Shown: positions 39,619 through 50,233, counted from the stretch's first letter. The stretch is 64,000 nt of DNA from an uncultured cyanobacterium (GCA_963744145.1 CAVUSO010000001.1:7104001-7168000); one strand, 5' to 3'. A program made the numbers and translations. The notes: a model not told the origin generated them from the sequence alone.

Positions 39619-39861
39619 AAAAGATTGAATACTAGATTTGAGCATGAGCGCGATCGCCGAACGTCCGAACGAGTAAATCGAGCTACATTAGCACTTCTTG
39701 TTCATCATTGACGACAACAAACTGGATCAGATTTTCTACAGAATATCGTCAACACTTGTCATTTGGATTCGAGCTTATTGGGATAATTTAACTTTAGGTA
39801 TTCGTCCTCATAGCCAACCACAAGTAAAGCAATGGTTACAAGAAAACTTTGAGCCTAGATT

Positions 39862-40107
39862 TCAAGATAATTCAGAAGCTAAATATGATGTCTTGGTAAA
39901 AGTATCAAGATTATCTTTAATCCGATCGCCAGTCTCCGATCGCAATTGTGAAGCTACATTATTTATGGCTGTTTGTTCGTTACGGAAGGATAGCCATCCA
40001 GTGACTCCAACTGCAGCCATGATTTGCAACGAAAAAGGAACAACTAGCAATAATCTCAAAGGGACTTGTCTAGTTTTTTGGGATTGATGAGGGAGTTGCG
40101 GTAGCAT
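39862..40107 (-). pseudogene. 5' fragment of a Cache-type membrane sensor (kinase/cyclase)
   Basis: VPLRLLLVVPFSLQIMAAVGVTGWLSFRNEQTAINNVASQL is a typical cyanobacterial sensor N-terminus, but the ORF stops soon after. Confidence 0.6.
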
Positions 40108-40277
40108 CTCCTTAGAGGAATGGTTATAGATTTTATTGTAACCGTTCAGGGGGGTAGAAGAGAAATAGCCAAAAAAGAGGATAAAATCTGATACATTAAG
40201 TGACATGGAAGAAAATGCTTACTCTTTTAACTAAGTCAAACTGACGTTAAATTTAAGTTTCTGAGGAAATCTTAGTT

Positions 40278-41540
40278 TTGAAAATTATTAATTCTCTCGA
40301 ACCCGACTTACGTCAAAATTTGCTGGTTTTATTTATTGGTGGACTGCTGTTTTGGTGTAGTATCGCTTCCTTATTCCCAACTTTACCTTTATACATCCAA
40401 TCCATAGGAGGTACAACCCAAGAGATTGGAATTGTTATGGGTGCTTTTGCGATCGGACTATTGCTATTTCGATCTTGGTTAGGACAGATGACCGATCAAA
40501 ATAGTCGGAAGCTAGTTTTAATTTTAGGTACTGTGATCGCAACGATCGCACCTTTGGGTTACCTAGTAGTCCACTCGATTCCTTGGTTAGTAGTCTTACG
40601 AGCGTTTCATGGTGTGAGTATTGCTGCTTTTGCTACCGCTTACAATGCTCTAGTAGTGGATCTATCTCCACCTCATCACCGTGGGGAAATTATTGGCTAT
40701 ATGAGTCTAATTCATCCGGTTGGTATGGCGATCGGTCCAGCGATTGGAGGATCATTACAAGTAGCTGTCGGTTATCTACCTTTATTTATCATGGCTGCTA
40801 GTTTAGGGATATTGTCCTTTATGATGTCCCTAGGAATAAAAGAATCTAGGGTCAGTCGGAAAAATTTAGCTGTTTCTAGTCAATCACCAGAATCAGATTT
40901 ATTTTGGCAATTACTGGGAACTCCCCGTCTCCGAGTACCCGCGTTGGTGATGCTATTAATCGGTTTTACTTTTGGGACTTTAAGTACGTTTCTACCTTTA
41001 TTTATTCAAGAAGCTGGGATTAATTTTAATGTGGGCTGGTTTTATTCTACTGCCGCGATCGCCAGTTTTGCGATCCGATTAGTGGTGGGACGAGCTTCTG
41101 ATCATTATGGTCGTGGATTTTTTATTACCAGCAGTTTAATAGCTTATAGTGTGGCTATGCTCCTGGTCACAACCACGTCCAATCCGCTCAGTTTGATCGG
41201 CGCGGCGATTTTAGAAGGCGCGGGAGCAGCTACACTATTCACTATGATGATCGCAATGATGTCCGATCGCTCCCATACTCAAGAACGTGGTCGAGTTTTG
41301 TCTTTATGTATCTGTGGTTTTGACTTCGGAATTGCTATTTCTGGTCCAATGATGGGAGCGATCGCGGCACAAGTTGATTATAGATCGATGTTTGGTACGA
41401 CAGTAGGTTTATGTTGTTTAGCAGTAACTATTTTTATGACCCGCTCAAGTAAGGATTTATCCCATTCCCTGAGATTTGCTTTTGGTCGGGAAAAAGATGT
41501 CTATGCTGTAACTGAGATCAACTCGTTCAGTTCTCAATGA
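40278..41540 (+). CDS. MFS transporter
   Basis: About 12 hydrophobic segments; GRASDHYGR motif A-like. Confidence 0.9.
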   Translation: MKIINSLEPDLRQNLLVLFIGGLLFWCSIASLFPTLPLYIQSIGGTTQEIGIVMGAFAIGLLLFRSWLGQMTDQNSRKLVLILGTVIATIAPLGYLVVHSIPWLVVLRAFHGVSIAAFATAYNALVVDLSPPHHRGEIIGYMSLIHPVGMAIGPAIGGSLQVAVGYLPLFIMAASLGILSFMMSLGIKESRVSRKNLAVSSQSPESDLFWQLLGTPRLRVPALVMLLIGFTFGTLSTFLPLFIQEAGINFNVGWFYSTAAIASFAIRLVVGRASDHYGRGFFITSSLIAYSVAMLLVTTTSNPLSLIGAAILEGAGAATLFTMMIAMMSDRSHTQERGRVLSLCICGFDFGIAISGPMMGAIAAQVDYRSMFGTTVGLCCLAVTIFMTRSSKDLSHSLRFAFGREKDVYAVTEINSFSSQ

Positions 41541-41723
41541 CTAAAATTTTCCAGTGTTCCACCCAAGCATTTAAGTGCCCAATTACCCACCTAGGGTAAA
41601 CTTAGGGTAAACCCTTCGACTACGCTCAGGGCTACGCTCAGGGAACACTCAGGGTAAACCTTGAGCCATTAACTATCGTCCGAATACTTTGCTCCTACCA
41701 TTAACTGAACTGTATTGAGATAT

Positions 41724-42848
41724 ATGTTTTTTTTCGGAATTGAACATGAAGTTGCTTTCCTCAACCATGAAGGAAAATTTGCTGATTTCTCTGGTAAAAA
41801 ATGTGCAGATTTTGAGCAAATAGTTGACAAATTACCTCTATACATCAATGATGGCTCACAATTAAGGATTAATAATAGGGAAAAAAAGAAGCGATGGTAT
41901 ATGGAGGGATTTCCCAGATTTACTAATTCAGGAGAGTTAATTGAGTTTATCGCTAAAGGTATCGAAATTAGAACAACAATACATTCTACTATTCAAGGTG
42001 CAATTGATGAATTAACAACCAGCTTTTCTTTATTGAGAGAGGTAGCTGCTAGTTTTGGGTTTTTGCCTGTTTTAGTGAGTTTTAATCCCTATACTTGTGT
42101 GTTTGAACACCAATCACCCTTAAATGATTTTGAAACTAGACGATTACAAACTTATCCCGATGAACAAACTGTTTATATTTATATGGTTTCCTATGGGCCA
42201 GACTTAAATATTTCTGTAGCAGACTTACCGATGGAAAATGTAATTGATATTGGTAAAAAGTTGACTTATTACAGTCCATACATTGTTCCTTTTAGTTATA
42301 GTTCTCCTTTTTATAATGGTGGTTTATGGGAAGGTTTGTCAGTCAGGACATTTATCAGAACTGGAAAAAGATCAGCCGCACTAGTATTTGTTGAAAAACA
42401 GGAACAGCTAATTAAAAGTTTACCTTCATTAACGAAAATTGCCTGTATGCCAGCAGAAGTAGGTCGGATCGAGTTTAAAGCTTGTGATAGTTGTGATGAT
42501 TTTTCTATTTATGCGGGGTTACTAGCATTATTAAAAGGTCTGGTGTTAGATCAAACTTTAGAGGGTCGAGCTATTATACCTGATCCAGATTTACACCAAA
42601 TTTCAGCCAAAGCAGGGTTTGATCATGAAGATATTTTCTTGAATGCAACCAAGGTTTTACAAGCTGCTGAAGTTGCTCTGAAGAATGACCCAGATCTGGA
42701 ACTTTTAGCTCGATTAAAAGTTATTTTGGCAGAGCGAAAAACCAAATCCCATGAACTAAGTGAGATTTTTAAAAATTTAGGTTCAATTGAAGAAACACTT
42801 AGACAGACTTATCTTCAGCCCTCTTCTTTTGGTGACGAAAATAAATAG
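41724..42848 (+). CDS. Glutamate-cysteine ligase (GCS2)-like carboxylate-amine ligase
   Basis: FGIEHE, GIEIRT, SSPFYNG, GRIEFKACD. Confidence 0.7.
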   Translation: MFFFGIEHEVAFLNHEGKFADFSGKKCADFEQIVDKLPLYINDGSQLRINNREKKKRWYMEGFPRFTNSGELIEFIAKGIEIRTTIHSTIQGAIDELTTSFSLLREVAASFGFLPVLVSFNPYTCVFEHQSPLNDFETRRLQTYPDEQTVYIYMVSYGPDLNISVADLPMENVIDIGKKLTYYSPYIVPFSYSSPFYNGGLWEGLSVRTFIRTGKRSAALVFVEKQEQLIKSLPSLTKIACMPAEVGRIEFKACDSCDDFSIYAGLLALLKGLVLDQTLEGRAIIPDPDLHQISAKAGFDHEDIFLNATKVLQAAEVALKNDPDLELLARLKVILAERKTKSHELSEIFKNLGSIEETLRQTYLQPSSFGDENK

Positions 42849-44161
42849 GAGAAAACCGTAGGATTTACTCCTATATTCCGCATCACAATTACCACTAGCC
42901 AAAGATTCCAAATACTCAGAGTAAAAGTAGTAGTGAGGGCAGCTCCCATCGGTCCCCACAGCGGAATGGCGATCGCATTTAAAATCAGATTCGTTAAAGC
43001 AGCAACACAAGAAACTAACATTAATTGATTCTGATAGCCCATCATCGCCATCAAAGTCGCGACTGCTCCAGATAAAGAATTAATTAATTGCCCAATCACC
43101 AGAATTCTTAAGATCCAGTCGGCTTGGCTAAATTCTGCACCAAAGATCCCTAAAATGGGTTTGGCAAAAATGAATAAAAAGACAGCGATCGCCGTGGATA
43201 ACCAGAAAATCCATATACTCATAGCCCAAATAAGTTTCTGAAGTGCAACTCGATCATTTCTGACATTCAGAATACTAAAGCTCGGACTAACAACTGGATT
43301 AATCGATTGTAACACAAAACTGACCCAGAATGCTGTATTTGAAGCCGCGCTATAAATTCCCACCGCCTTAGTCCCGACCCATACTCCTAACATTAACGTA
43401 TCTGTTTGGACGAGAATTTCTTGAAAAATCAGATCAAGCAAGAGGGGAAGAGAAATTTTCAGCCAAGCATAAGGGGTATAAACAGGAGTAATTGGCCCTA
43501 TTTCTTGATTAAATTTCCACCAGATCCAACTCCCTTGGATTGCCAATATTCCTCCTAGAGTCCCGCAAAACACCCAGATCATCGGTATGCTGTTGAGCAG
43601 ATGATCATCTTGCCAGAGGACAAATGCTCCTAAAATAAGTAGAATCGGCCAAATCACTTTGGTGGGAGTATAAGCAAGAAAGAAATCATTGGCACCTCGG
43701 GCCAGGTCTTGTTGCAATAAAAGCAACCCTCTTAAGGGAACTACCCAAATCCCAATCAGTAAAACAGGAGCAAGGGAAAATTGATGATAGTAGTTAATTA
43801 GCAGGATTACTCCTGTGCCTAACAATCCCAGGAGTAAACCTGTACCTATAGTTAATTGCCAACTACCAAGAATTATTCCTCCCATTAATCCCCATTTTTT
43901 TTGCTCACGATATTCATTAATCAAACGGACAACCGTTCTAGGTAAACCCAGAGTAACCAATAGGGATAAGATCACAGACCAACTCATCACATATTGATAG
44001 ATGCCATATTCGGTTGTACCCATCCAGCGAGCTAGAAATATTTGGAGGAGATACATTAAAAATATCCCGGCAAGTCGCAATCCTAAAACTACTAAACTAC
44101 CCCGGGTGAGTGCAATCAGATTAATACTATCTTCAGTTTGAGCCAGAGCCGTTTGAGTCAT
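42815..44161 (-). CDS. Polysaccharide flippase (Wzx/MATE-like)
   Basis: LARWMGTTEYGIY, DTLMLG, VGIYSAA, multiple TMs; start at MTQ chosen to avoid overlap with the upstream gene. Confidence 0.85.
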   Translation of the reverse strand: MTQTALAQTEDSINLIALTRGSLVVLGLRLAGIFLMYLLQIFLARWMGTTEYGIYQYVMSWSVILSLLVTLGLPRTVVRLINEYREQKKWGLMGGIILGSWQLTIGTGLLLGLLGTGVILLINYYHQFSLAPVLLIGIWVVPLRGLLLLQQDLARGANDFFLAYTPTKVIWPILLILGAFVLWQDDHLLNSIPMIWVFCGTLGGILAIQGSWIWWKFNQEIGPITPVYTPYAWLKISLPLLLDLIFQEILVQTDTLMLGVWVGTKAVGIYSAASNTAFWVSFVLQSINPVVSPSFSILNVRNDRVALQKLIWAMSIWIFWLSTAIAVFLFIFAKPILGIFGAEFSQADWILRILVIGQLINSLSGAVATLMAMMGYQNQLMLVSCVAALTNLILNAIAIPLWGPMGAALTTTFTLSIWNLWLVVIVMRNIGVNPTVFSYLFSSPKEEG

Positions 44162-44180
44162 GCTAAATACTGGATGATCA

Positions 44181-44492
44181 TCAGTTGTTATTTGCTTCTC
44201 CAAATAGGTGGCGCAAAATTCGTTGATTCTCAACTTGTATACCTCTGATATCGACTAGCATTTCTCGCATTTGGATCTGCATTTCTCGCATTTGCACTCG
44301 ATCAACTTCGGCATCTCGTTGAATCATCCTTAAAGCCTGTTGGTGTAGTCGAGCGATATCAGCCAATTCAGCGACAGTCATCTGAAGACTAATAAAAGCT
44401 CTGCTGTCAGTCTCCATTCGACTTCTGATGTCGGTGATCTGGCTCTCAACATTGGTCAATCGCTCATCTATAGAATTGTTTGAGTTGGTCAT
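44181..44492 (-). CDS. Small coiled-coil hypothetical protein, paralog family of 31851-32177
   Basis: ERLTNVE; C-terminal IRGIQVENQRILRHLFG. Confidence 0.7.
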   Translation of the reverse strand: MTNSNNSIDERLTNVESQITDIRSRMETDSRAFISLQMTVAELADIARLHQQALRMIQRDAEVDRVQMREMQIQMREMLVDIRGIQVENQRILRHLFGEANNN

Positions 44493-44546
44493 AGTTTTAA
44501 AGTTTCTTCGGCTTTATTACTGTAACTGAGATAAAATAGCCAAATG

Positions 44547-44577
44547 AAAAAGCACAGGAAAATTCTGTGCTTTTTTC
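44547..44577. terminator. Bidirectional-type intrinsic terminator downstream of tRNA-Arg(ACG)
   Basis: AAAAAGCACAG-GAAAATT-CTGTGCTTTTTT. Confidence 0.75.
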
Positions 44578-44592
44578 TTATTTATTTTTCAA

Positions 44593-44666
44593 CGGGCTTG
44601 GAGGGACTCGAACCCCCGACCTTGTGGTCCGTAGCCACACGCTCTAATCCACTAAGCTACAAGCCC
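44593..44666 (-). tRNA. trnR-ACG: tRNA-Arg(ACG)
   Basis: GGGCTTGTAGCTTAGTGGATTAGAGCGTGTGGCT-ACG-GACCACAAGGTCGGGGGTTCGAGTCCCTCCAAGCCCG forms a cloverleaf. Confidence 0.95.
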
Positions 44667-44703
44667 TCAACAGATTTATAACATAACACAGTCTGATCTA
44701 AAA

Positions 44704-45225
44704 ATGCAAGAGTCTATTTCATCTTTTTCGCAATTACCTCAAAATCAAGATTTGACCCATTTAGATCGGGATGGTCAAGCCCAAATGGTGGATGTTTCCA
44801 GTAAACAGCCAACTCGACGATCTGCCGTCGCGATCGCCCAAGTGAGAATGTTATCAACTACTTTAGCAGCGATCGAAACAGGTAATACCCCCAAGGGTGA
44901 TGTTTTAGGTACAGCCCGACTAGCAGGAATTATGGCAGCCAAGCAAACTGCTCATCTAATTCCTTTATGTCACCCGTTACCTCTACATAAGATTGAGGTT
45001 CATCTCACCCCAGATTTCCATTTACCAGGTTATCAAATTCGGGCTGAAGTAGTGACTAAAGCTGAAACCGGAGTAGAAATGGAAGCATTAACTGCTGTTT
45101 CCATAGCAGCCTTAACTCTTTATGATATGGCCAAAGCTTTAGAAAAATCGATCCAAATTGAATTTATTCGTCTTTTGAGTAAAACCGGAGGTAAATCAGG
45201 AGATTATCATGCTGGGGGGGCTTGA
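44704..45225 (+). CDS. moaC: Cyclic pyranopterin monophosphate synthase MoaC
   Basis: [38 protein letters not shown]. Confidence 0.95.
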   Translation: MQESISSFSQLPQNQDLTHLDRDGQAQMVDVSSKQPTRRSAVAIAQVRMLSTTLAAIETGNTPKGDVLGTARLAGIMAAKQTAHLIPLCHPLPLHKIEVHLTPDFHLPGYQIRAEVVTKAETGVEMEALTAVSIAALTLYDMAKALEKSIQIEFIRLLSKTGGKSGDYHAGGA

Positions 45226-45232
45226 TTTTCTC

Positions 45233-45745
45233 TTAGAAAGTTTTGGGTACACAATATCGATTTAAAATTTCTTGTCCCCAACGCACAATCTTTTCTGAAC
45301 CTTCGATCATCAACAAATACCGACCTTGACGGAGATGATGACGATAAATTCCGGCGGTGTTACCTTCTCCCAAAAAACCAAATAAACCACCAAAAACGGC
45401 ACCGGAAAATCCCCCCATGATGGTGGCTGTGGGAATTACCCAAGCCCCATCAATTTCTATGGGCCAAATTAAATAGAAGCAAATTCCGAGAATAGCTCCT
45501 AATGTCCCCGAATAGATGCCCGCTAATCTGGCTTTCCGGAGGACGATTTGCATTGGGGTTAATAGTCCTACCAGTTCCGGACTGCTAAAACCTTCACCCA
45601 CGATCGCCAAGTTTTCTGGCGAAATTCCGTGATATTGAAGTAACCGATAAGCCTGAAAGGCAGAAGTTTCTTCATTTAGCACTAGAATTGCCAAGTAGGT
45701 TTGGCGTTTTAATGTTGCTTTGCCTAAAAATCTTGTCCCTGTCAC
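45233..45745 (-). CDS. Conserved hypothetical membrane protein
   Basis: 170-aa ORF with two Gly-rich TM helices. Confidence 0.65.
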   Translation of the reverse strand: MTGTRFLGKATLKRQTYLAILVLNEETSAFQAYRLLQYHGISPENLAIVGEGFSSPELVGLLTPMQIVLRKARLAGIYSGTLGAILGICFYLIWPIEIDGAWVIPTATIMGGFSGAVFGGLFGFLGEGNTAGIYRHHLRQGRYLLMIEGSEKIVRWGQEILNRYCVPKTF

Positions 45746-45958
45746 AAAACCAATCCTTGCAGAGGATTTTTGATTTTATTATTATTCTAATTCTATTCTC
45801 ACTACTTATTTGAAGACAAAAGGATTTTTTTTGAAGAACTTCAGCAAATAACTAGGACAGACAAGATGTCTGTCCCACCAGAAAATAAATCGGGACTCCG
45901 GGCCAAAATTTCTCTTGGTCAGATCATAAGGTTATAATCCAATCCGGTTTAGTTAACT

Positions 45959-46053
45959 GTAGGGGCAAAGCATTTCGGCGCATAAATGATGGCTAAAGCG
46001 TTTACCCTGAGCGTAGTCGAAGGGAAGAATAATATTACCGAAATGCTTTGCCC
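45959..46053. repeat. GTAG-type REPIN-like hairpin containing a nested 20-bp element
   Basis: gtaggggcaaagcatttcgg...ccgaaatgctttgccc. The inner ccctgagcgtagtcgaaggg (46005-46024) is the reverse complement of 41612-41631. Confidence 0.75.
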
Positions 46054-46227
46054 TCACCATGTATGCAGCCAACAGATCAACTATATATTAAAATCCCTTT
46101 AGGTAAGAATTTTTTGGGAAATCTCGGCGCAAAAGAAGGGTGAAGCATTCGGATCTAATATTACTGGTTTTATTGTTCAATTGTCGCTAAACATGCTTCA
46201 CCCCTACACCTAACTGAATGTATTGGG

Positions 46228-48123
46228 TTAATCTTCTCCAATCAACACTTGAAAAGCACTCATTTCCCGGAGAGAATCAAAATCAGCATTAGTTTTAGCG
46301 ATCGCTTTAAGTCTTTCTGGATCAATTTTAATGGCTTGGGCTAAATTTTCTATGGCTAAATCAGCTAAATTTTGTCGGGCATAACAACAAGCTTTATTAT
46401 ACCATCCATTTCCATAATCTGGTTTAATTTCAATCGCTTTGTGGTAACATTCTATTGCTTCTTCATAACGATCTAACTTATTTAAAGCATTGCCCAAATT
46501 ATTCCAAAGTGAATGATTATTAGGTTCAATGGAAAGAGCTTTTTCACAGCATACTATTGCTTCTTTATAGAGTTCCATTTTCATTAATATTTGGCTTCTA
46601 TTCTGCCAAGCTTTGACTAATTCTGGATGAATTTCAATACTTTTATCATAAGCTTTTAATGCTTCCTCATATTTCGACAAATTACCCAACATTAGGGCTT
46701 TATTATACCAATAATTATAATTATTAGGCTGACTCTTAATAGCTTGATCATAAGCAGCGATCGCTTCTTCATATCGTTCTAAACAGCCTAATTCTATCGC
46801 CCGATTATATAAGGCATTTAAAAAACTTGGTTGAATACTTAAGACTTTTTCATAAGCATCTAAAGCAGCTTCATGTTGAGACAACTTACTTAATCCTACA
46901 CCTTTATTATACCAAGCCTCATAATAATCCGGTTTCAAAGTAATTGCTTGTTCAAAACTAGCGATCGCTTCTGTATATCGACCTAATTTATGCCAAACAA
47001 ATCCTTGATTATACCAAGCTTTATAAGCATCTGGTTTGACCGCGATCGCTTGGGATTGAGCAGCAATAGCTTCTTCATATCTTTCTAAATTTGCCAAAAC
47101 ATTTCCTTTCCCAATCCAAGCATTACAAGTATCTTTAATCAGCCAATCTTGAACAGAAGATTTTGGTTTAATTGCTAGCGATCGCTCATAAGAAATAAGT
47201 GCTTCATCGTATCTTTTTAATTTATTTAAAATATTTCCTCGATTCTGCCAAGTTCCCGCTCTATTTGGGTTTAACTTAATTGCTTGATTAAAACAAAACA
47301 GTGCTTTTTCATTTTTATCCATTTTCATTAACCCAAATCCCAGGATATCCCAAACATCATAGATACCGATTTTTTTCTGAACTATATTAATTACAATTAC
47401 CGTACCAATAAATAGACCAATAATCCAAATAAGATCATTTTGATGAAAGAAAAAAGCCCCGTAGGAAGCCAAAGTGCTTGGGATTCCAATCAAATCACCA
47501 ATCAGAAATGTGAGTGATAACAAAAATAAATTTACTGGTGGAATTAAAAATATAATTATAAAGATACCAAGCATTCCCAATCCAGCAAATTTGCGAATTT
47601 GAGTTCGCAGAGAAATTGGTAACCAAGGTTCAATAATCCCATAACCATCTAAGGGAGGAATCGGTAATAAATTAATTAGAACTGCATAGATTTGGAGAAT
47701 AATCAGAAATGCTAAAGATGCCCAAATCCAACCATACTGTTGGGGGGATAACCAAAAACCGGATCGATCGGTTTGGATGAAGTGTAAGGTCAAGCGAAAA
47801 GGTATGGTCAGGAATAAAATCAACAGGATATTTGTCAGCGGACCAGCACCAGCAACTAGACTTTGACAGTAGCGATTACGTAACTTGCTTCGATCGATAT
47901 AAACCGCAGCTCCAGGGAGAGCAATTCCACCCAGACATAGAAAAATCACGGGGAGAATAATACTACCGAGGGGATCGATATATTTAAGAGGATTAAGAGT
48001 TAAGTAACCCTTATCTTTAACCGAAGTATCTCCACCCCAATAAGCAGCGATCGCATGACCAAATTCATGGAGACAAATTGAGATTAACCAACCCAAACAG
48101 ACAAAAACTGTAACAGATAACAA
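46228..48123 (-). CDS. Site-2 protease (M50) fused to a long TPR array
   Basis: HEFGH, TLNPL, AGPLTN, NLLPIPPLDG, then about 10 TPRs ending WYNKACCYA. Confidence 0.88.
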   Translation of the reverse strand: MLSVTVFVCLGWLISICLHEFGHAIAAYWGGDTSVKDKGYLTLNPLKYIDPLGSIILPVIFLCLGGIALPGAAVYIDRSKLRNRYCQSLVAGAGPLTNILLILFLTIPFRLTLHFIQTDRSGFWLSPQQYGWIWASLAFLIILQIYAVLINLLPIPPLDGYGIIEPWLPISLRTQIRKFAGLGMLGIFIIIFLIPPVNLFLLSLTFLIGDLIGIPSTLASYGAFFFHQNDLIWIIGLFIGTVIVINIVQKKIGIYDVWDILGFGLMKMDKNEKALFCFNQAIKLNPNRAGTWQNRGNILNKLKRYDEALISYERSLAIKPKSSVQDWLIKDTCNAWIGKGNVLANLERYEEAIAAQSQAIAVKPDAYKAWYNQGFVWHKLGRYTEAIASFEQAITLKPDYYEAWYNKGVGLSKLSQHEAALDAYEKVLSIQPSFLNALYNRAIELGCLERYEEAIAAYDQAIKSQPNNYNYWYNKALMLGNLSKYEEALKAYDKSIEIHPELVKAWQNRSQILMKMELYKEAIVCCEKALSIEPNNHSLWNNLGNALNKLDRYEEAIECYHKAIEIKPDYGNGWYNKACCYARQNLADLAIENLAQAIKIDPERLKAIAKTNADFDSLREMSAFQVLIGED

Positions 48124-48214
48124 AGTTTTGCCTCAATTTTGGAAATACTTAAACTATTTGATTATCACAAAAAAAGATCAGAGTGTCAGTTCAGATCAAA
48201 ATATTTTTTTTTCA

Positions 48215-49327
48215 CTAACCTAAAAACCTGGTTAAATCTGGCACATCTACCCATGTACCAGTAGCGTGAGATTCGTGAGTTAAATCGATTAACAACTGAG
48301 AATAAACCCCTTCGCGTAAAGTTGGGGTGATTGCTTGACCACGCTCAATTCCTTCTACCCATCGGTCAACAATTCGGATAAATGGTGCTAAACGACCATC
48401 TAAATAAGTTTCAGGAAATTCTAGATGAGAGGGAAGATCAAGCTCGGTCAAAGATTCACCATGAGGAGCAGCCCAAAGTCGAAAACCATGGATATAATCT
48501 TTCTGACTCTCATTACCTAAAATTATCGTACCCTTACTCCCATAAACTTCCACCCAATGTCCACGTCCTTGATCAGTCACGGAACTAACACAAAGATGAC
48601 ATGGTGTCCCATCGGTCAATTCCAACATAATCATACAAGTATCATCAGCATCAACTGGTCGAAATTTACCACCTGCGGTAGGATCGGGACGTAAAGGAAT
48701 TGCAGTAGTGAGATGTCCAGATAAGCGTCGGATTGGTCCAAATAACCAGCTAATATAATCAAAACTATGGGATGCGATCGCACCGAGAGCACCTCCACCT
48801 TGATCTTGACGAGAATACCAATTCCAAGCTCGATTGGGATCACTCCGACTAGAAACTAACCAATCGATTTTAATTAAACGTTTTTGACCAATATACCCAG
48901 CTGCTAACATTTCTGCTAACATTTGCCAGTGCGGGATACAACGAAATTCAAAATCCATCATCCCAATTACATTTTGGGATTTGGCTAAATGGTAAAGTTC
49001 CTTAGCTTCTATGGCTGATAGTGTGGTAGGTTTTTCTAATAAAAGATGTTTTTTTGCAATCAAGACAGATTTGGCCATTTCATAGTGCAGAAATGGGGGT
49101 GTAGAAATGCTGACTGCTTGGACATGGGGATTGTCCAGAATTTCGGTGAGGCTGTCGCTACTATAGGGAATATGGTGATTATTCGCGATCGCTTGAGCTT
49201 GAGCTAAATTGCGGTGATAGACTGCGACTACTTCAGTCTGAGGATGGATTTGGAATCCAGGAATATGAATTTTTTGACCAAATCCAGTCCCAACTACCGC
49301 AATACCGATTTTTGAGGAGAGTGACAT
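48215..49327 (-). CDS. Gfo/Idh/MocA-family oxidoreductase
   Basis: VGTGFG, KHLLLEKP, GGGALGAIASH. Confidence 0.9.
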   Translation of the reverse strand: MSLSSKIGIAVVGTGFGQKIHIPGFQIHPQTEVVAVYHRNLAQAQAIANNHHIPYSSDSLTEILDNPHVQAVSISTPPFLHYEMAKSVLIAKKHLLLEKPTTLSAIEAKELYHLAKSQNVIGMMDFEFRCIPHWQMLAEMLAAGYIGQKRLIKIDWLVSSRSDPNRAWNWYSRQDQGGGALGAIASHSFDYISWLFGPIRRLSGHLTTAIPLRPDPTAGGKFRPVDADDTCMIMLELTDGTPCHLCVSSVTDQGRGHWVEVYGSKGTIILGNESQKDYIHGFRLWAAPHGESLTELDLPSHLEFPETYLDGRLAPFIRIVDRWVEGIERGQAITPTLREGVYSQLLIDLTHESHATGTWVDVPDLTRFLG

Positions 49328-49425
49328 AACCTAGCTACCTATTTTTCTTAGTGCATCATTTAACCATCAATTTCGGTAGCTAGATCAACAGAATCACCTC
49401 AAATATCCAAAATTCTATTATTGAT

Positions 49426-49569
49426 TTAAGAATTATTTTTAACATCATTGAGAGCTGGTCCAGAATGATGATTATGATTAATAACCAACCATCGACCAGT
49501 AGAAGGATCGCGATAAACCGCGTAAGGATTAGGTTTGAGATTTTTGCTAACAGTTTGCGGGTTAGTCAT
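49426..49569 (-). CDS. Micropeptide B (47 aa), NPYxxYRDPxTGxW family
   Basis: Hand-translated MTNPQTVSKNLKPNPYAVYRDPSTGRWLVINHNHHSGPALNDVKNNS*; SD AGGAG 9 nt upstream. Confidence 0.65.
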   Translation of the reverse strand: MTNPQTVSKNLKPNPYAVYRDPSTGRWLVINHNHHSGPALNDVKNNS

Positions 49570-49612
49570 TTTCGGAAGCTCCTGGGGTCGAGCGAAGATT
49601 GAGACTAAGGTA

Positions 49613-49720
49613 CTAATTATTCGGTTTAATTACGATCCACTTACCAGTTTGGGGATCGCGATAAGTGGTATAGGGATTAGCTCGCAATGGTTTGGGACAA
49701 GTAGTTAAATTTTTCATCAT
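49613..49720 (-). CDS. Micropeptide A (35 aa), NPYxxYRDPxTGxW family
   Basis: Hand-translated MMKNLTTCPKPLRANPYTTYRDPQTGKWIVIKPNN*; SD-like AAGAGG upstream. Confidence 0.7.
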   Translation of the reverse strand: MMKNLTTCPKPLRANPYTTYRDPQTGKWIVIKPNN

Positions 49721-50027
49721 ACCCTGCCTCTTGTTTATAAGTTAATTGTAAATAGTTTTCTCGATCTCCTTCAGTGACTCCTATCTTGATGCCAATGTGA
49801 CAAACTAAGGGTTAAACTGGCGATCGCTGTCACTTTCACATTAATTAGGTAGCTGCATTAATTATGTAACTGCTCGCAGCTTGACTCTTAAAAATCTTGC
49901 TCATCAGGGAACTACTAGGAGTTTTTCCCCATCTTTATAGATACAACTTTGGGGAATTGCTGCGGATCAGTCTAGTTATTTATACTTAGTTTACTAAAGG
50001 TAGAGCCCAGATGAGAAAATTGCCCAT

Positions 50028-50124
50028 AAAAAAAGGGACGGAGGGTAGACATTTTCCCGAGGTGCCCTCAATCGTCCCAAGTTTGATCAACACTATTGTT
50101 TTAACTCAAATCCTATCCAGAAAG
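50028..50124 (-). ncRNA. Putative small RNA 2 (terminator-ended)
   Basis: Follows a 27-bp box; ends in the hairpin GGGACG..GAGGGCA/TACCCTCCGTCCC plus T7. The 5' end is a guess. Confidence 0.35.
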
Positions 50125-50233
50125 CAATCTGGGGAGTGTCGGGGGTGAATAGTTATTTTTTTTGGGGGGGACTAGCCGATCGGGAATGGTTAATTTATTG
50201 CACAATGATCAATAGTTCGATTTTAATCACAAC

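Noticed and set aside
39698..40087. 129-aa plus-strand ORF
   Set aside because: It overlaps an antisense sensor fragment and looks like a chimera of remnants; no function can be supported.
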